Below are positions 9,522 to 18,626 of a stretch of DNA of 64,000 bases, piece by piece. The DNA is taken from the NCBI GenBank assembly GCA_947478395.1, contig CANJVR010000001.1, positions 288,001-352,000 of the forward strand. Reading direction: 5' to 3'. The translations under genes and the position numbers were made by a program. The DNA comes from Opitutia bacterium (GTDB lineage Bacteria > Verrucomicrobiota > Verrucomicrobiia > Opitutales > Opitutaceae). How positions within the stretch are numbered: position 1 is the stretch's first letter; each line of letters opens with the position of its first letter. The notes below the pieces were generated by a model that saw nothing but the letters and a program-made list of their open reading frames with translations, had not been told where the DNA came from and did not search any database.

Positions 9522-10229
9522 ATGCTTAGCGTCTCCGACCTCCACGTTTCCTACGGCGCGATCACCGCCCTCGGCGGCATTTCACTCGAGATCGAAGCCG
9601 GTTCGATCGTCACCCTCATCGGCGGCAATGGCGCCGGCAAGACCACCACGCTCCGCACCATCTCCGGTCTCCTGCGCCCTAAGTCCGGCACCATCACGTT
9701 TCTGGGCGAAACCATTTCCGCTTTGCCCGCCCATCAAATCGTGGCCCGCGGGCTGAGCCATGTCCCCGAGGGCCGCATGGTTTTCTCCAATCTCAGCGTC
9801 GACGAAAACCTGGCCATGGGCGCCTACCTGCTAAACGACAAAGCCCTTATCGCCAAAAATCGCGATTACGTTTTCAGCATTTTCCCCCGGCTCAAAGAAC
9901 GACTCAAGCAAAGCGCTGGCACGCTTTCCGGCGGCGAACAGCAAATGCTCGCCATCGGACGCGCCCTCATGGGCAGCCCGAAATTCCTCATGCTCGATGA
10001 ACCATCGCTCGGCATCGCACCGCGCCTCATCAGCACCATCTTCGAAAAAATCGTGGAGATAAACAAAACCCAAGGGATCACGATCCTACTCGTCGAACAG
10101 AACGCCAATCTCGCGCTCGAAATCAGCACGTCGGCCTACGTCCTCGAATGCGGCCACCTCGTGATGTCCGGTGAAAGCAAAAAACTCCGCGCCGATCCCA
10201 AGCTCAAAGCCACCTACCTCGGCGGATAG
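9522..10229 (+). CDS. livF: Branched-chain amino acid ABC ATP-binding protein
   Basis: GGNGAGKTT, HVPEGRMVF, LSGGEQQMLAIGRALM, DEPSLG. Confidence 0.94.
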   Translation: MLSVSDLHVSYGAITALGGISLEIEAGSIVTLIGGNGAGKTTTLRTISGLLRPKSGTITFLGETISALPAHQIVARGLSHVPEGRMVFSNLSVDENLAMGAYLLNDKALIAKNRDYVFSIFPRLKERLKQSAGTLSGGEQQMLAIGRALMGSPKFLMLDEPSLGIAPRLISTIFEKIVEINKTQGITILLVEQNANLALEISTSAYVLECGHLVMSGESKKLRADPKLKATYLGG

Positions 10230-10296
10230 CGCGCGAGACTGTCCGCGACTCGCGCCATTGTCCCGCCGCCTCCGTCCGCTACTCCCACTTTACCCA

Positions 10297-12900
10297 ATGA
10301 AGAATCACCTCCGCTTCCGTCCGTTCGTATTGTTGTTCTCCGCTTTGGCCGCGTGCCTCCCGTCACTCCCTGCGGCCGATGCTCCGTCGGCCGCCTCCGC
10401 CGCAGTGTGGCCGGCGGTCGGTCGCGAGAATAAACCTTGGACCCGCTGGTGGTGGCCCGGCAGCGCCGTCGACAAGGCGAGCCTGACCCAACAGCTCGAA
10501 AAATTTGCCGCGGCCGGACTCGGCGGCGTTGAAGTCACACCCATCTACGGCGCCAACGGCTACGAAGCCCGTTACATCGATTTTCTCTCGCCGAAGTGGA
10601 TGGAGATGCTCGAACACACCGGCAAGGAAGCCAAGCGCCTCGGCCTCGGCCTCGATATGGCCACCGGCACCGGCTGGCCCTTCGGCGGACCTTGGATCGA
10701 CGAAGCTCACGGCTCGCAAAAGATTACCCTCAAGGACGGCCAACTCTCCGCCACGCCCACCGCGATGAAGGTCAAACGCGCGGCACCGGGTGATGAAGGT
10801 CTCGTCATCGATCCATACTCCACCGCAGCGCTCAATCAGTACCTCGCGCCTTTCGACAAAGCCTTCGCTAATTTTCCACGCGACCTCGTCCGCTCCCAAT
10901 TTCACGACTCGTTCGAATACTACGAGGCCGGCTGGACACCCGAGTTGCCGCGCGTCTTCGAAAAGATGCATGGCTACGACATCCAGAAATTCGCCACCGC
11001 GATCATGGCCGCGCCGGCCGCCGCCAACGTCGACGCCGACACGCTCGGCCGCGTGAAGAGCGACTACCGTGAAACGCTCGCCCAGCTCCATCTCGATTAT
11101 CTCCACCGGTGGGTCGAGTGGTCGCATGACCACGGCTGGCTGGTGCGCAACCAATCCCACGGCGCCCCCGGCAATCTGCTCGATCTCTACGCCAACGCCG
11201 ACGTCGCCGAAACCGAAGTCTTCGGCTCCACGCCCTTCCCGATTCCCGGTCTGCGCCGCGCTGAAGATGAGGTCCGCCACGATCAGGATCTGCCCGAATC
11301 GCTCGTGATCCGCATGGCTTCTTCCGCGTCGCACGTCGCTGGGCATCCTTTCGCCTCAAGCGAAACCTGCACCTGGCTGCGCGATCACTGGAAAGTTTCC
11401 CTCGCTTACACGAAGCCCGAGATCGACCGGCTCTTCACCGACGGCATCAATCACATCTTCTATCACGGCACGGTCTTTTCGCCGTCCGATGCCCCTTGGC
11501 CCGGTTGGCTTTTCTATGCGTCGACGCAGTTTAATCCGAATAATCCGTGGTGGGACGACTTCGGCGCCCTGAACCGCTACGTCGGGCGCGTGCAATCCGT
11601 CCTCCAACGCGGCACGCCCGACAACGACATCCTGCTCTACTGGCCCTTCGCCGATGCGCTCGATGACCCCGCCCTGCAAATGAAGCAGTTCACCGTTCAC
11701 AACGTGAAGTGGCTGACCGAGGCACCCGTCGGCAAACTCGCCCGCACCTTCATCGATAAGGGCTATAGCTTCGACTACATCTCCGACGCGCAACTCACGG
11801 AAACATCCGCCAAGAGCGGCGCTCTCGTTACCAAAGGCGGCAATTACAAGGTTCTCGTCGTTCCCGCGACCCGCCGCATGCCCGTCGCCACGCTGCAACG
11901 TCTGGCCCAGCTGGCCAAGGACGGCGCCAAGGTTATCTTCGAAAAGTTGCCCGAGGACGTCCCCGGTTACGGTCGCCTTGAATCGCGCCGCGCCGAGTTC
12001 AAACAGGCGCTCGCCTCGCTCGGTAACCGCGCGTCCGTGCCCGCCGATCTTCTCGCCGCGCTCAACGCGCAGGGCGTCTCCCGCGAGCCCATCGCCGAGA
12101 CGGGGATCAATTTTATCCGCCGGGCCAATGCCGGCGGACACGATTACTTCATCACCAACCTCACGGCCAAAAAGCTCGATCAATGGGTCGCTCTCGGCAC
12201 ACCCACGTCGAGCGCCGTCATTCTCGATCCGCTCACGGGCGGCGCCGGCACGGCCGCTTTGCGCGCGGGCCAATCCGCGGGGAAGGAGATCTACCTTCAG
12301 CTCGCCCCCGGCGCGTCACTGCTCATCCGGACCAACGTCGCCGCGTCCGGCATCGATTCTTGGCCGTGGGGTCAATCCGCCGGCCCCGCCGTCGCCCTCG
12401 CTGGCTCTTGGAAAATCGACTTCATCAAAGGCGGCCCCGAACTTCCACCCGCCCTTACGACCACGGAGTTGAAATCGTGGACTGAACTCGGCGGCGCAGA
12501 AGCCAAACGCTTCGGCGGCACGGCCCGTTACCGCCTCGAATTCGCGGCGCCTGCCGGCCGGGCCGACAACTGGCTCCTCGACCTCGGCGACGTCCGCGAA
12601 GTCGCCCGCGTTCGCCTCAACGGCAAAGATATCACCACCGCGTGGAGCCTTCCCTTCCAAGTCCGCTTCGCTGGAGCCGCTCTCAAGCCCACCGGAAATA
12701 TCCTGGAGCTCGAAGTCACCAATCTCGCCGCGAACCGCATCCGCGATATGGATCAGCAAAAGGTCCCGTGGAAGATCATGCGCGAAATCAATTTCGTGGA
12801 CATCAACTACAAGCCCTTCGACGCCTCCGGCTGGAAACTCCAACCGAGCGGCCTGCTCGGGCCGATCACGCTGACCCCGCTGCAGTCGCTCAAGCTCTGA
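10297..12900 (+). CDS. Secreted glycoside hydrolase, GH106 (alpha-L-rhamnosidase-like)
   Basis: Signal peptide; KPWTRWWWPG, GGVEVTPIYG, TGTGWPFGGPW, DSFEY; C-terminal jelly-roll ending PSGLLGP. Confidence 0.88.
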   Translation: MKNHLRFRPFVLLFSALAACLPSLPAADAPSAASAAVWPAVGRENKPWTRWWWPGSAVDKASLTQQLEKFAAAGLGGVEVTPIYGANGYEARYIDFLSPKWMEMLEHTGKEAKRLGLGLDMATGTGWPFGGPWIDEAHGSQKITLKDGQLSATPTAMKVKRAAPGDEGLVIDPYSTAALNQYLAPFDKAFANFPRDLVRSQFHDSFEYYEAGWTPELPRVFEKMHGYDIQKFATAIMAAPAAANVDADTLGRVKSDYRETLAQLHLDYLHRWVEWSHDHGWLVRNQSHGAPGNLLDLYANADVAETEVFGSTPFPIPGLRRAEDEVRHDQDLPESLVIRMASSASHVAGHPFASSETCTWLRDHWKVSLAYTKPEIDRLFTDGINHIFYHGTVFSPSDAPWPGWLFYASTQFNPNNPWWDDFGALNRYVGRVQSVLQRGTPDNDILLYWPFADALDDPALQMKQFTVHNVKWLTEAPVGKLARTFIDKGYSFDYISDAQLTETSAKSGALVTKGGNYKVLVVPATRRMPVATLQRLAQLAKDGAKVIFEKLPEDVPGYGRLESRRAEFKQALASLGNRASVPADLLAALNAQGVSREPIAETGINFIRRANAGGHDYFITNLTAKKLDQWVALGTPTSSAVILDPLTGGAGTAALRAGQSAGKEIYLQLAPGASLLIRTNVAASGIDSWPWGQSAGPAVALAGSWKIDFIKGGPELPPALTTTELKSWTELGGAEAKRFGGTARYRLEFAAPAGRADNWLLDLGDVREVARVRLNGKDITTAWSLPFQVRFAGAALKPTGNILELEVTNLAANRIRDMDQQKVPWKIMREINFVDINYKPFDASGWKLQPSGLLGPITLTPLQSLKL

Positions 12901-13060
12901 CGTTGCGGTGCGGTGCGGTCGGGCCGGAGCCGCGCGACGCCTTAAGACCAAGCTGTCGGCCCGACCGCTGGTCGGGCTCCGCCCACCTTCAAACCCAACC
13001 GACCAACGGCCGGTTCTAAAGGCTTAAGTCCTATGGCGGCAGGGTACCCTCTCCCCGCCG

Positions 13061-13173
13061 TTTTTCCGTGGCCGTTTTGCGTAGCGGCAGGCGTCCCTGC
13101 CTGCCGCGTTCGGCGTCCTCGTTTCGGCAGGCAGGGACGCCTGCCGCTACGTCGTTAGTGGCTACGCCTTTGG
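13061..13173 (+). repeat. REPIN/MITE-like element copy 1 (perfect inverted REP doublet)
   Basis: GTAGCGGCAGGCGTCCCTGCCTGCCG (13081-13106) and its exact reverse complement (13125-13150); flanks conserved in the other copies. Confidence 0.9.
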
Positions 13174-13309
13174 AAATACCGCTCTAAAAGCTACCGGCCG
13201 TTGGGGACTGGATGCGTTTCGCGCCCATTACACAGGCTCGGGCTCCACCATGCGTAACACGGGTCGAGGTACGGCAACGTTTAGAAATTAACCCTAAACT
13301 CCTCAACGA

Positions 13310-13765
13310 ATGAACCCAAAATTCATCACACCGTCTCGCGCGATTTCCCTCACCGCTCTCCTCGCCTCCATCGCTTTCACCGGTTGCTCCAAAGCGGATC
13401 GAACCGAAGCGAGTGATGCCGCCAAAACCGCTTACAACGACACAAAGACCGCGATGTCGAATGCTTGGGACGATGTGAAATCGTTCACCTTCGACAAGAA
13501 GAGCGATTTCGAAAAGAGCGCCAAGGCGCTCTCCGCCAAAATGGAAGCGCAGATCTCAGAAGCGCGGGCGAATTACTCCGAAGCCAAGGCCAGCGCCAGC
13601 CGCAAGGCGGCCATGGAGGAACTCAAAAACTCCGAAGCAGACTACAAAGAAAAGGCGGCGGCCCTCGGTAACGCGACCGCGGCAACTTGGGACAGCGCCA
13701 AGCAAAACGTCATCGCCGCGTGGGATAAGCTCGAGGCTGCCTATCGCAAAGCTCGCGCCGATTGA
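13310..13765 (+). CDS. Helical lipoprotein of unknown function
   Basis: Lipobox FTGC; Ala/Lys/Glu-rich helices with repeated AWD motifs. Confidence 0.8.
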   Translation: MNPKFITPSRAISLTALLASIAFTGCSKADRTEASDAAKTAYNDTKTAMSNAWDDVKSFTFDKKSDFEKSAKALSAKMEAQISEARANYSEAKASASRKAAMEELKNSEADYKEKAAALGNATAATWDSAKQNVIAAWDKLEAAYRKARAD

Positions 13766-13802
13766 TCGGCGGTTCTGAATCGTTTGTACGATTCTGATTC
13801 TG

Positions 13803-13843
13803 AAACGTAACGGCGCGGGCAATCCACGCCGTTACGTTTTTTT
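13803..13843 (+). terminator. Rho-independent terminator between convergent genes
   Basis: aaacgtaacggcg...cgccgttacgttt stem followed by a T run; overlaps the PAP2 stop codon. Confidence 0.65.
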
Positions 13844-14539
13844 GTGGGCCCGGCGACGCTCGAGCCACCACAGGGTCATCGCCCATAAGCCCGCCCAAAC
13901 GGTCCCGGCCGCCCAACCCCCCAGCACGTCACTCGGATAGTGCACGCCGAGATAAATTCGACTCAGTCCAATTAGAAAACTGAGCATGGCGGCCAGGCCC
14001 AAGAAAAAAAGTTTTTCGCGTCGGCGTTCGACCATTCGCGCTAGGACCGCGGCCAGAGTAAAGTAGACCACGAATGACCCCATCGAATGGCCGCTCGGGA
14101 AACTCAGTGAATTTTCCGCCATCAAGTGCGGCACCACGGTCGGCCGCTCGCGCCCGATCAAAAACTTTAGCGCCACACTCAGCAGCGCGCCGCTCCCGGT
14201 GGCAGCAAAAACAAAACCTGCGATTTCATATCTGCGGCGAAACATCAGCCACGCGAGCACGACCCCAACGAGGAGCGTGAGCACGGCCGTGCTACCCAGA
14301 GCCGTCATATCCCGCGCCGCCTCGGGGAGCCACGCCGGTCCAATTCCGACCCCCGGATCCGCCGCCGTTCGCAAGGACCGCAGGATGCGCGTTTCCAGGG
14401 GCAGATGCGCGCCCGCGGAAGCATCCGCCGCCAACACGAAAAAGCCCCAGAGCAGCAAAGAGCAAAGGGCGACACCGACCAGAATGGGTCCCTCATCAAG
14501 CCCGGCCGCGCGCCAGACCCGTTTCATTCGCGCGATCAT
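13832..14539 (-). CDS. PAP2 family membrane phosphatase
   Basis: K-x6-RP, SFPSGH, SRIYLGVHYPSDV. Confidence 0.93.
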   Translation of the reverse strand: MIARMKRVWRAAGLDEGPILVGVALCSLLLWGFFVLAADASAGAHLPLETRILRSLRTAADPGVGIGPAWLPEAARDMTALGSTAVLTLLVGVVLAWLMFRRRYEIAGFVFAATGSGALLSVALKFLIGRERPTVVPHLMAENSLSFPSGHSMGSFVVYFTLAAVLARMVERRREKLFFLGLAAMLSFLIGLSRIYLGVHYPSDVLGGWAAGTVWAGLWAMTLWWLERRRAHKKT

Positions 14540-14677
14540 GGAACAATAGAACGCAGATCGTTGCGGCGCGCGCAATCTTCGGGCGGTGATTTTCAGCGCA
14601 AAAGCGACGCTCCACACCGCGCCTTCCACCCTGAGCTGGAGAATGGGAGCCGGTTTCTCTTCCAGTCACGCGAGGCT

Positions 14678-15940
14678 TCAGCCGAGCGTTTCACCGGACG
14701 CCTGCGCCGCCAGTGCTGCGCGATAACGATCCTTCTTGCTCGGGCGCCGGCCCTTGATGCCGCCGGTCGATGGGGCGAGCGGCGCGGGTTGCAGGCCGAA
14801 TTCATCGGGCTCAAAACCTTCGATCCGTTCCCGCGGCAGCGAAAATTTGTTTCGCTTCTCAATCAGTTGAAAATGCGCGTGCGTCTCCGCGCTGATAAAA
14901 TTCACCGCGACGCCGGGCTCACCGGCACGGCCCGTGCGACCGATGCGATGCGTGTAATCCGCCGCCGAGCGCGGCAGGTCGAAATTTACCACGACCGGCA
15001 GACTTGCGATATCGAGGCCGCGCGCCGCGAGGTCCGTCGCCACCAAAACCTGTAATTCCGATCGTTTGAAATCAGCGAGCGTCTGTGTGCGCGCGCCCTG
15101 ACTCAGTTCGCCGTGCAACGCCGCCGCCTTCAGTCCGGCCCGGCGTAATTTATCGGCCACGTGTTCCGTCGCATATTTCGTCGCGACAAAAACCAGGACC
15201 CGCGTCCAGACGCGCGTTTCAATCAAGTGCCGGAGAAGTTGGGTGCGACGCGGCGCGTCTACTTCGATGGCGTGCTGCTCGATGTCGGCCGGCGATTCAG
15301 TCTGATCGGTAACGGCCATTCGCACCGGCTCGCGCAACAACTCCTGCGCGAGCGTCTCGACCGCCGGCGGAAACGTCGCGGAAAACAACAGCGTTTGTCG
15401 CGCCGCCGGCAAAAGCGCCACGATCCGCGCCAGCTCAGCGGCGAAACCCAGCGCCAGCAAACGATCCGCTTCGTCGAGCACGAGCGTCGCCACCGCTGCG
15501 AGCGAGACCGCGTGATGTTCAACGAGGTCGAGGAGACGTCCGGGCGTCGCAACGATGATATCTGCGCCGCCACCCAGCGCCATCATCTGCGGGTTGATCG
15601 ATACGCCGCCGTAAACGACGAGCGTCTTGATCGGCTCCGGGAGAAACCGACCGTAACGGCAGATCGACTCGCCAATCTGCGCCGCGAGTTCACGCGTGGG
15701 CACGAGAATTAGCGCCCGCACAAAGCGTCCCGGCTCGCGACGACTCAGAGCAAGCCGTTGCAAAAGCGGCAGGGCAAACGCGGCGGTTTTACCCGAGCCA
15801 GTCTGGGCCGACGCCCAAACGTCCGCTCCGCGCAATACCGCCGGAATCGCCGCGACCTGAATGGGCGTGGGCACGGTGTACCCTTTTTCAGCGATGGCCC
15901 GCAGGAGCGGCACGGAAAGTTTCAGCGAAGTGAACGACAT
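14678..15940 (-). CDS. DEAD-box RNA helicase (RhlE-like)
   Basis: AQTGSGKT, PTRELA, TPGRL, DEAD, SAT, HRIGRTGR. Confidence 0.95.
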   Translation of the reverse strand: MSFTSLKLSVPLLRAIAEKGYTVPTPIQVAAIPAVLRGADVWASAQTGSGKTAAFALPLLQRLALSRREPGRFVRALILVPTRELAAQIGESICRYGRFLPEPIKTLVVYGGVSINPQMMALGGGADIIVATPGRLLDLVEHHAVSLAAVATLVLDEADRLLALGFAAELARIVALLPAARQTLLFSATFPPAVETLAQELLREPVRMAVTDQTESPADIEQHAIEVDAPRRTQLLRHLIETRVWTRVLVFVATKYATEHVADKLRRAGLKAAALHGELSQGARTQTLADFKRSELQVLVATDLAARGLDIASLPVVVNFDLPRSAADYTHRIGRTGRAGEPGVAVNFISAETHAHFQLIEKRNKFSLPRERIEGFEPDEFGLQPAPLAPSTGGIKGRRPSKKDRYRAALAAQASGETLG

Positions 15941-16005
15941 GTGAGGAGAAGCCCGCGGACCCAACGAGCGCAGTCGTGGATTCCCGGAAAAGTCCCTGAG
16001 GATAA

Positions 16006-16242
16006 TTACACTAGGCTCACCACGATCGTATAGAGCCCGACCGTAACGCGATCGCCGACGGCGAGCTGCTTGCGCTTGCGGGTTTCAATGGCGCCGTTCA
16101 GCCGCACGCCCCGCTCGGCGATCAACTGTTTCGCCTGGCCGCCGCTCTCCGCGAGCCCGCTGAATTTAATGAACGCGCACAGCTCGATCGGCACCTCGCG
16201 CACGACCACGACACGCGTGGTCGGAGAGCTCTTGGTAATCAT
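16006..16242 (-). CDS. S4 RNA-binding domain protein (YaaA/YbcJ-like)
   Basis: IELCAFIKFSGLAESGGQAK...VRLNG...ETRKRKQL..GDRV. Confidence 0.88.
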   Translation of the reverse strand: MITKSSPTTRVVVVREVPIELCAFIKFSGLAESGGQAKQLIAERGVRLNGAIETRKRKQLAVGDRVTVGLYTIVVSLV

Positions 16243-16325
16243 GACGACACCCCAGCGCCTCCTTAAAAACGTGTCGAACTTTCTGTGCGGGACGCCAACT
16301 GCACCGCGGCACGCGAGTGGAGCGG

Positions 16326-16467
16326 ATGTCACCTATTAAGTGACATTCAAAACGGGGTGAGATAGGCCCACCCCGCCCCATCCGTCCGCCTCTCCACGAG
16401 GGGATTTTTGCTCTGCGACACCTCCCACAAGGAGGCGAACCAAAGCAGCGGAGCATCGCTGCTTTGG
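16326..16467. repeat. Mosaic of short palindromes (REP/BIME-like)
   Basis: atgtcac-N7-gtgacat (16326-16346), cggggtg...caccccg, ccaaagcagcg-N6-cgctgctttgg (16440-16467). Confidence 0.55.
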
Positions 16468-16485
16468 GAATTCCAGATCGTTCGT

Positions 16486-18276
16486 TTAATTCCGCGCCCA
16501 GGGAAACGTGATCGTCGGCGCGTTCGCGTAGCGGTGCGTCGTCAAGGCGAGGCGGGCTCCGGCTCCGGGCGCCAGTTGCACCGTGAAATCGCGCGCGCCG
16601 AGCGGCAGGGTTTTCCCGTTCAGCTCGACCGATTCAAACTGGTGCTCTCCATACGCGCCGCCTTGGACCACGACGGTCCGCGCGGTCGTGGCGTTGAGAT
16701 TTACCAGCGTCACGACGGTGCGCGTATCCGTGATTTCTGAAACGAGCGCGCCCACATCCTCCGGCACGCCGGCGCGTTGGCGCACGGGATCGAAATAACG
16801 GAGACGTGCGTTCAACAAACCGCCGTCGACGCCCGGGGGCAGTCCACCGAGCATGAGCTGCACAAGCGAAGCGGTGGCCGCGGGATTCAGGTTGAGCTGA
16901 TTGTCCGCGAGCCGTTTTTCGGGCAGGGTTTTGTCGGCGCGAATTGCTTCGATTTTACGCGGCAACGAATCGAGGTCGCGCTTCAAGGCCGTCTCGGGGA
17001 ACGCCGCATCCTTGCCTTGGAGAAACGAGATCCAGCTGTTTTCGCCCACGCGCGAGAGATCGGCGGGTTTCATCGACCAATACCAGACGTCCATCACGCC
17101 CACGTTCCAAGGACGGCTTTGCCAACCGTACCAACCATCGGCGCCGTACATCGTCGGATATTCTTTGCGACCATCGACCGTACGCGCGTTCGAATTCACG
17201 GCGTCGATCATATCGCGCCAGGCATCCACGTATTTTTGATTACCCGTGACGAGTAGCGCATTGTGAAAGCCCACCAGCGCGCGCGGGATGCGGTTGCGGT
17301 TTTCGCGACGGCCGTTGACGGGATTCACGGGACTAAAGCCCCAGCCGTAGGCGTTGTTCCACCACTTGCCCTCAACGCCGCCGATTTTGCCATCGAGCGC
17401 GACATAGCTCGGGATGATGCCCTTGTTTTCTTTCATGCGGGCCAGCCAGGCGTCCATGTATTCAACGATCCACTGTTTATACTTAGCCTCGTTCTTCAGC
17501 AGGTAAGCATCGGTCGGGAGCGTCGTCGCAACGAGGTTGATGAAATGATCGCCGACCACATCGCCGTATTCCTGATAGTGCTGGAGAAATTGCTCGTAGG
17601 TGGTTTCACCATGCACGAGTCCAAAGCCCTTGGGGTCGAAGGGATCGCCGACCCAGTCGAGCGGGGTGGCCTTGCGCAATAGCGGTCCGCGGCTGCCGTT
17701 CATCATCGAGCGGATCAGTTTCAATTTCGGATCGTAGTTCGGCGCCTCGGGATCTTCCGCCATGTAGAAGCCGGCGAAACGGCGGGCGCGCTCCTGATAA
17801 ATAGGCAGGTTCGGCACGGACATCCCCATGCGGTTAAAATTCTGCTCGCCCTCGCCGTGGTGCATCCAGTCGGACTGCGCGGAAAAATCCTTGTAGTACA
17901 TGCCCTGTTTACCGGCGGGCACGTCGGTGGTTTTCGCCTCGGTGTACTGGCGGAGCATACCTTCCCAACCTTTGAGGTACATCGACATGATGTCGTCGCT
18001 CGCTCCAAGCGCGTGGAGTTCGGGCCAGCGGTTGAAATTTTCAAACGCGTCGTCCGGGCCGTCGTTCGCGCCCCAGCGCACGAAACATTTCAGGTAGCCG
18101 CGGTCGTCGTAGTATTTTTCAAAAAACTCCCGACAGGCCGGGACGTTTTCCGCCAGCAGGCGGCGCTCGAGTTTCGCCCACTCGGGCGCGGGCATGGGAG
18201 TATCGACGATGAGCGGAGAACGGGTGTCAGCCGCGACCGCGTAAGCGGCGAGAACGAAAAACAGGAGACGTTTCAT
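16486..18276 (-). CDS. Secreted hypothetical protein, possibly a carbohydrate-active alpha/alpha-barrel enzyme
   Basis: Signal peptide; Trp/Tyr/Asp-rich with WGANDGPDDAFENF and DWMHHGE; family not recognised. Confidence 0.75.
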   Translation of the reverse strand: MKRLLFFVLAAYAVAADTRSPLIVDTPMPAPEWAKLERRLLAENVPACREFFEKYYDDRGYLKCFVRWGANDGPDDAFENFNRWPELHALGASDDIMSMYLKGWEGMLRQYTEAKTTDVPAGKQGMYYKDFSAQSDWMHHGEGEQNFNRMGMSVPNLPIYQERARRFAGFYMAEDPEAPNYDPKLKLIRSMMNGSRGPLLRKATPLDWVGDPFDPKGFGLVHGETTYEQFLQHYQEYGDVVGDHFINLVATTLPTDAYLLKNEAKYKQWIVEYMDAWLARMKENKGIIPSYVALDGKIGGVEGKWWNNAYGWGFSPVNPVNGRRENRNRIPRALVGFHNALLVTGNQKYVDAWRDMIDAVNSNARTVDGRKEYPTMYGADGWYGWQSRPWNVGVMDVWYWSMKPADLSRVGENSWISFLQGKDAAFPETALKRDLDSLPRKIEAIRADKTLPEKRLADNQLNLNPAATASLVQLMLGGLPPGVDGGLLNARLRYFDPVRQRAGVPEDVGALVSEITDTRTVVTLVNLNATTARTVVVQGGAYGEHQFESVELNGKTLPLGARDFTVQLAPGAGARLALTTHRYANAPTITFPWARN

Positions 18277-18626
18277 GACAAAGCAGGGGGGTTAGGGACG
18301 CGGACTTAAATTTGCCGCACGCGGTTCGGGTGCAATCCATTTTAAGGCGGTGAATCTTTCGCTCACTAAAAAGCACACGGAATTCGGCCGTCTTCGGCCA
18401 CCCATCCATGCGGCTGGGGGCGCGAGGGAAAGCGATACGAGGCGACCGACGATTCTTGCCGCATTTTGTGGCCAAACTCGGCCGTGGGGCCGGACAGTTG
18501 GAGGCCACGGGGAGAAGTGAAATCCTTCAGGAGAATTTACCTCGCACTTCAGGTTAGCAGTCGCATTTTTTCAGTGCCCCTTCGAGCTCCCGTCCGCCCT
18601 ACGCCTTCCGCGTTGTCGTAATCACC

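Noticed and set aside
13061..13173. CRISPR array
   Set aside because: The repeats are inverted and dispersed, with no regular spacers and no cas genes
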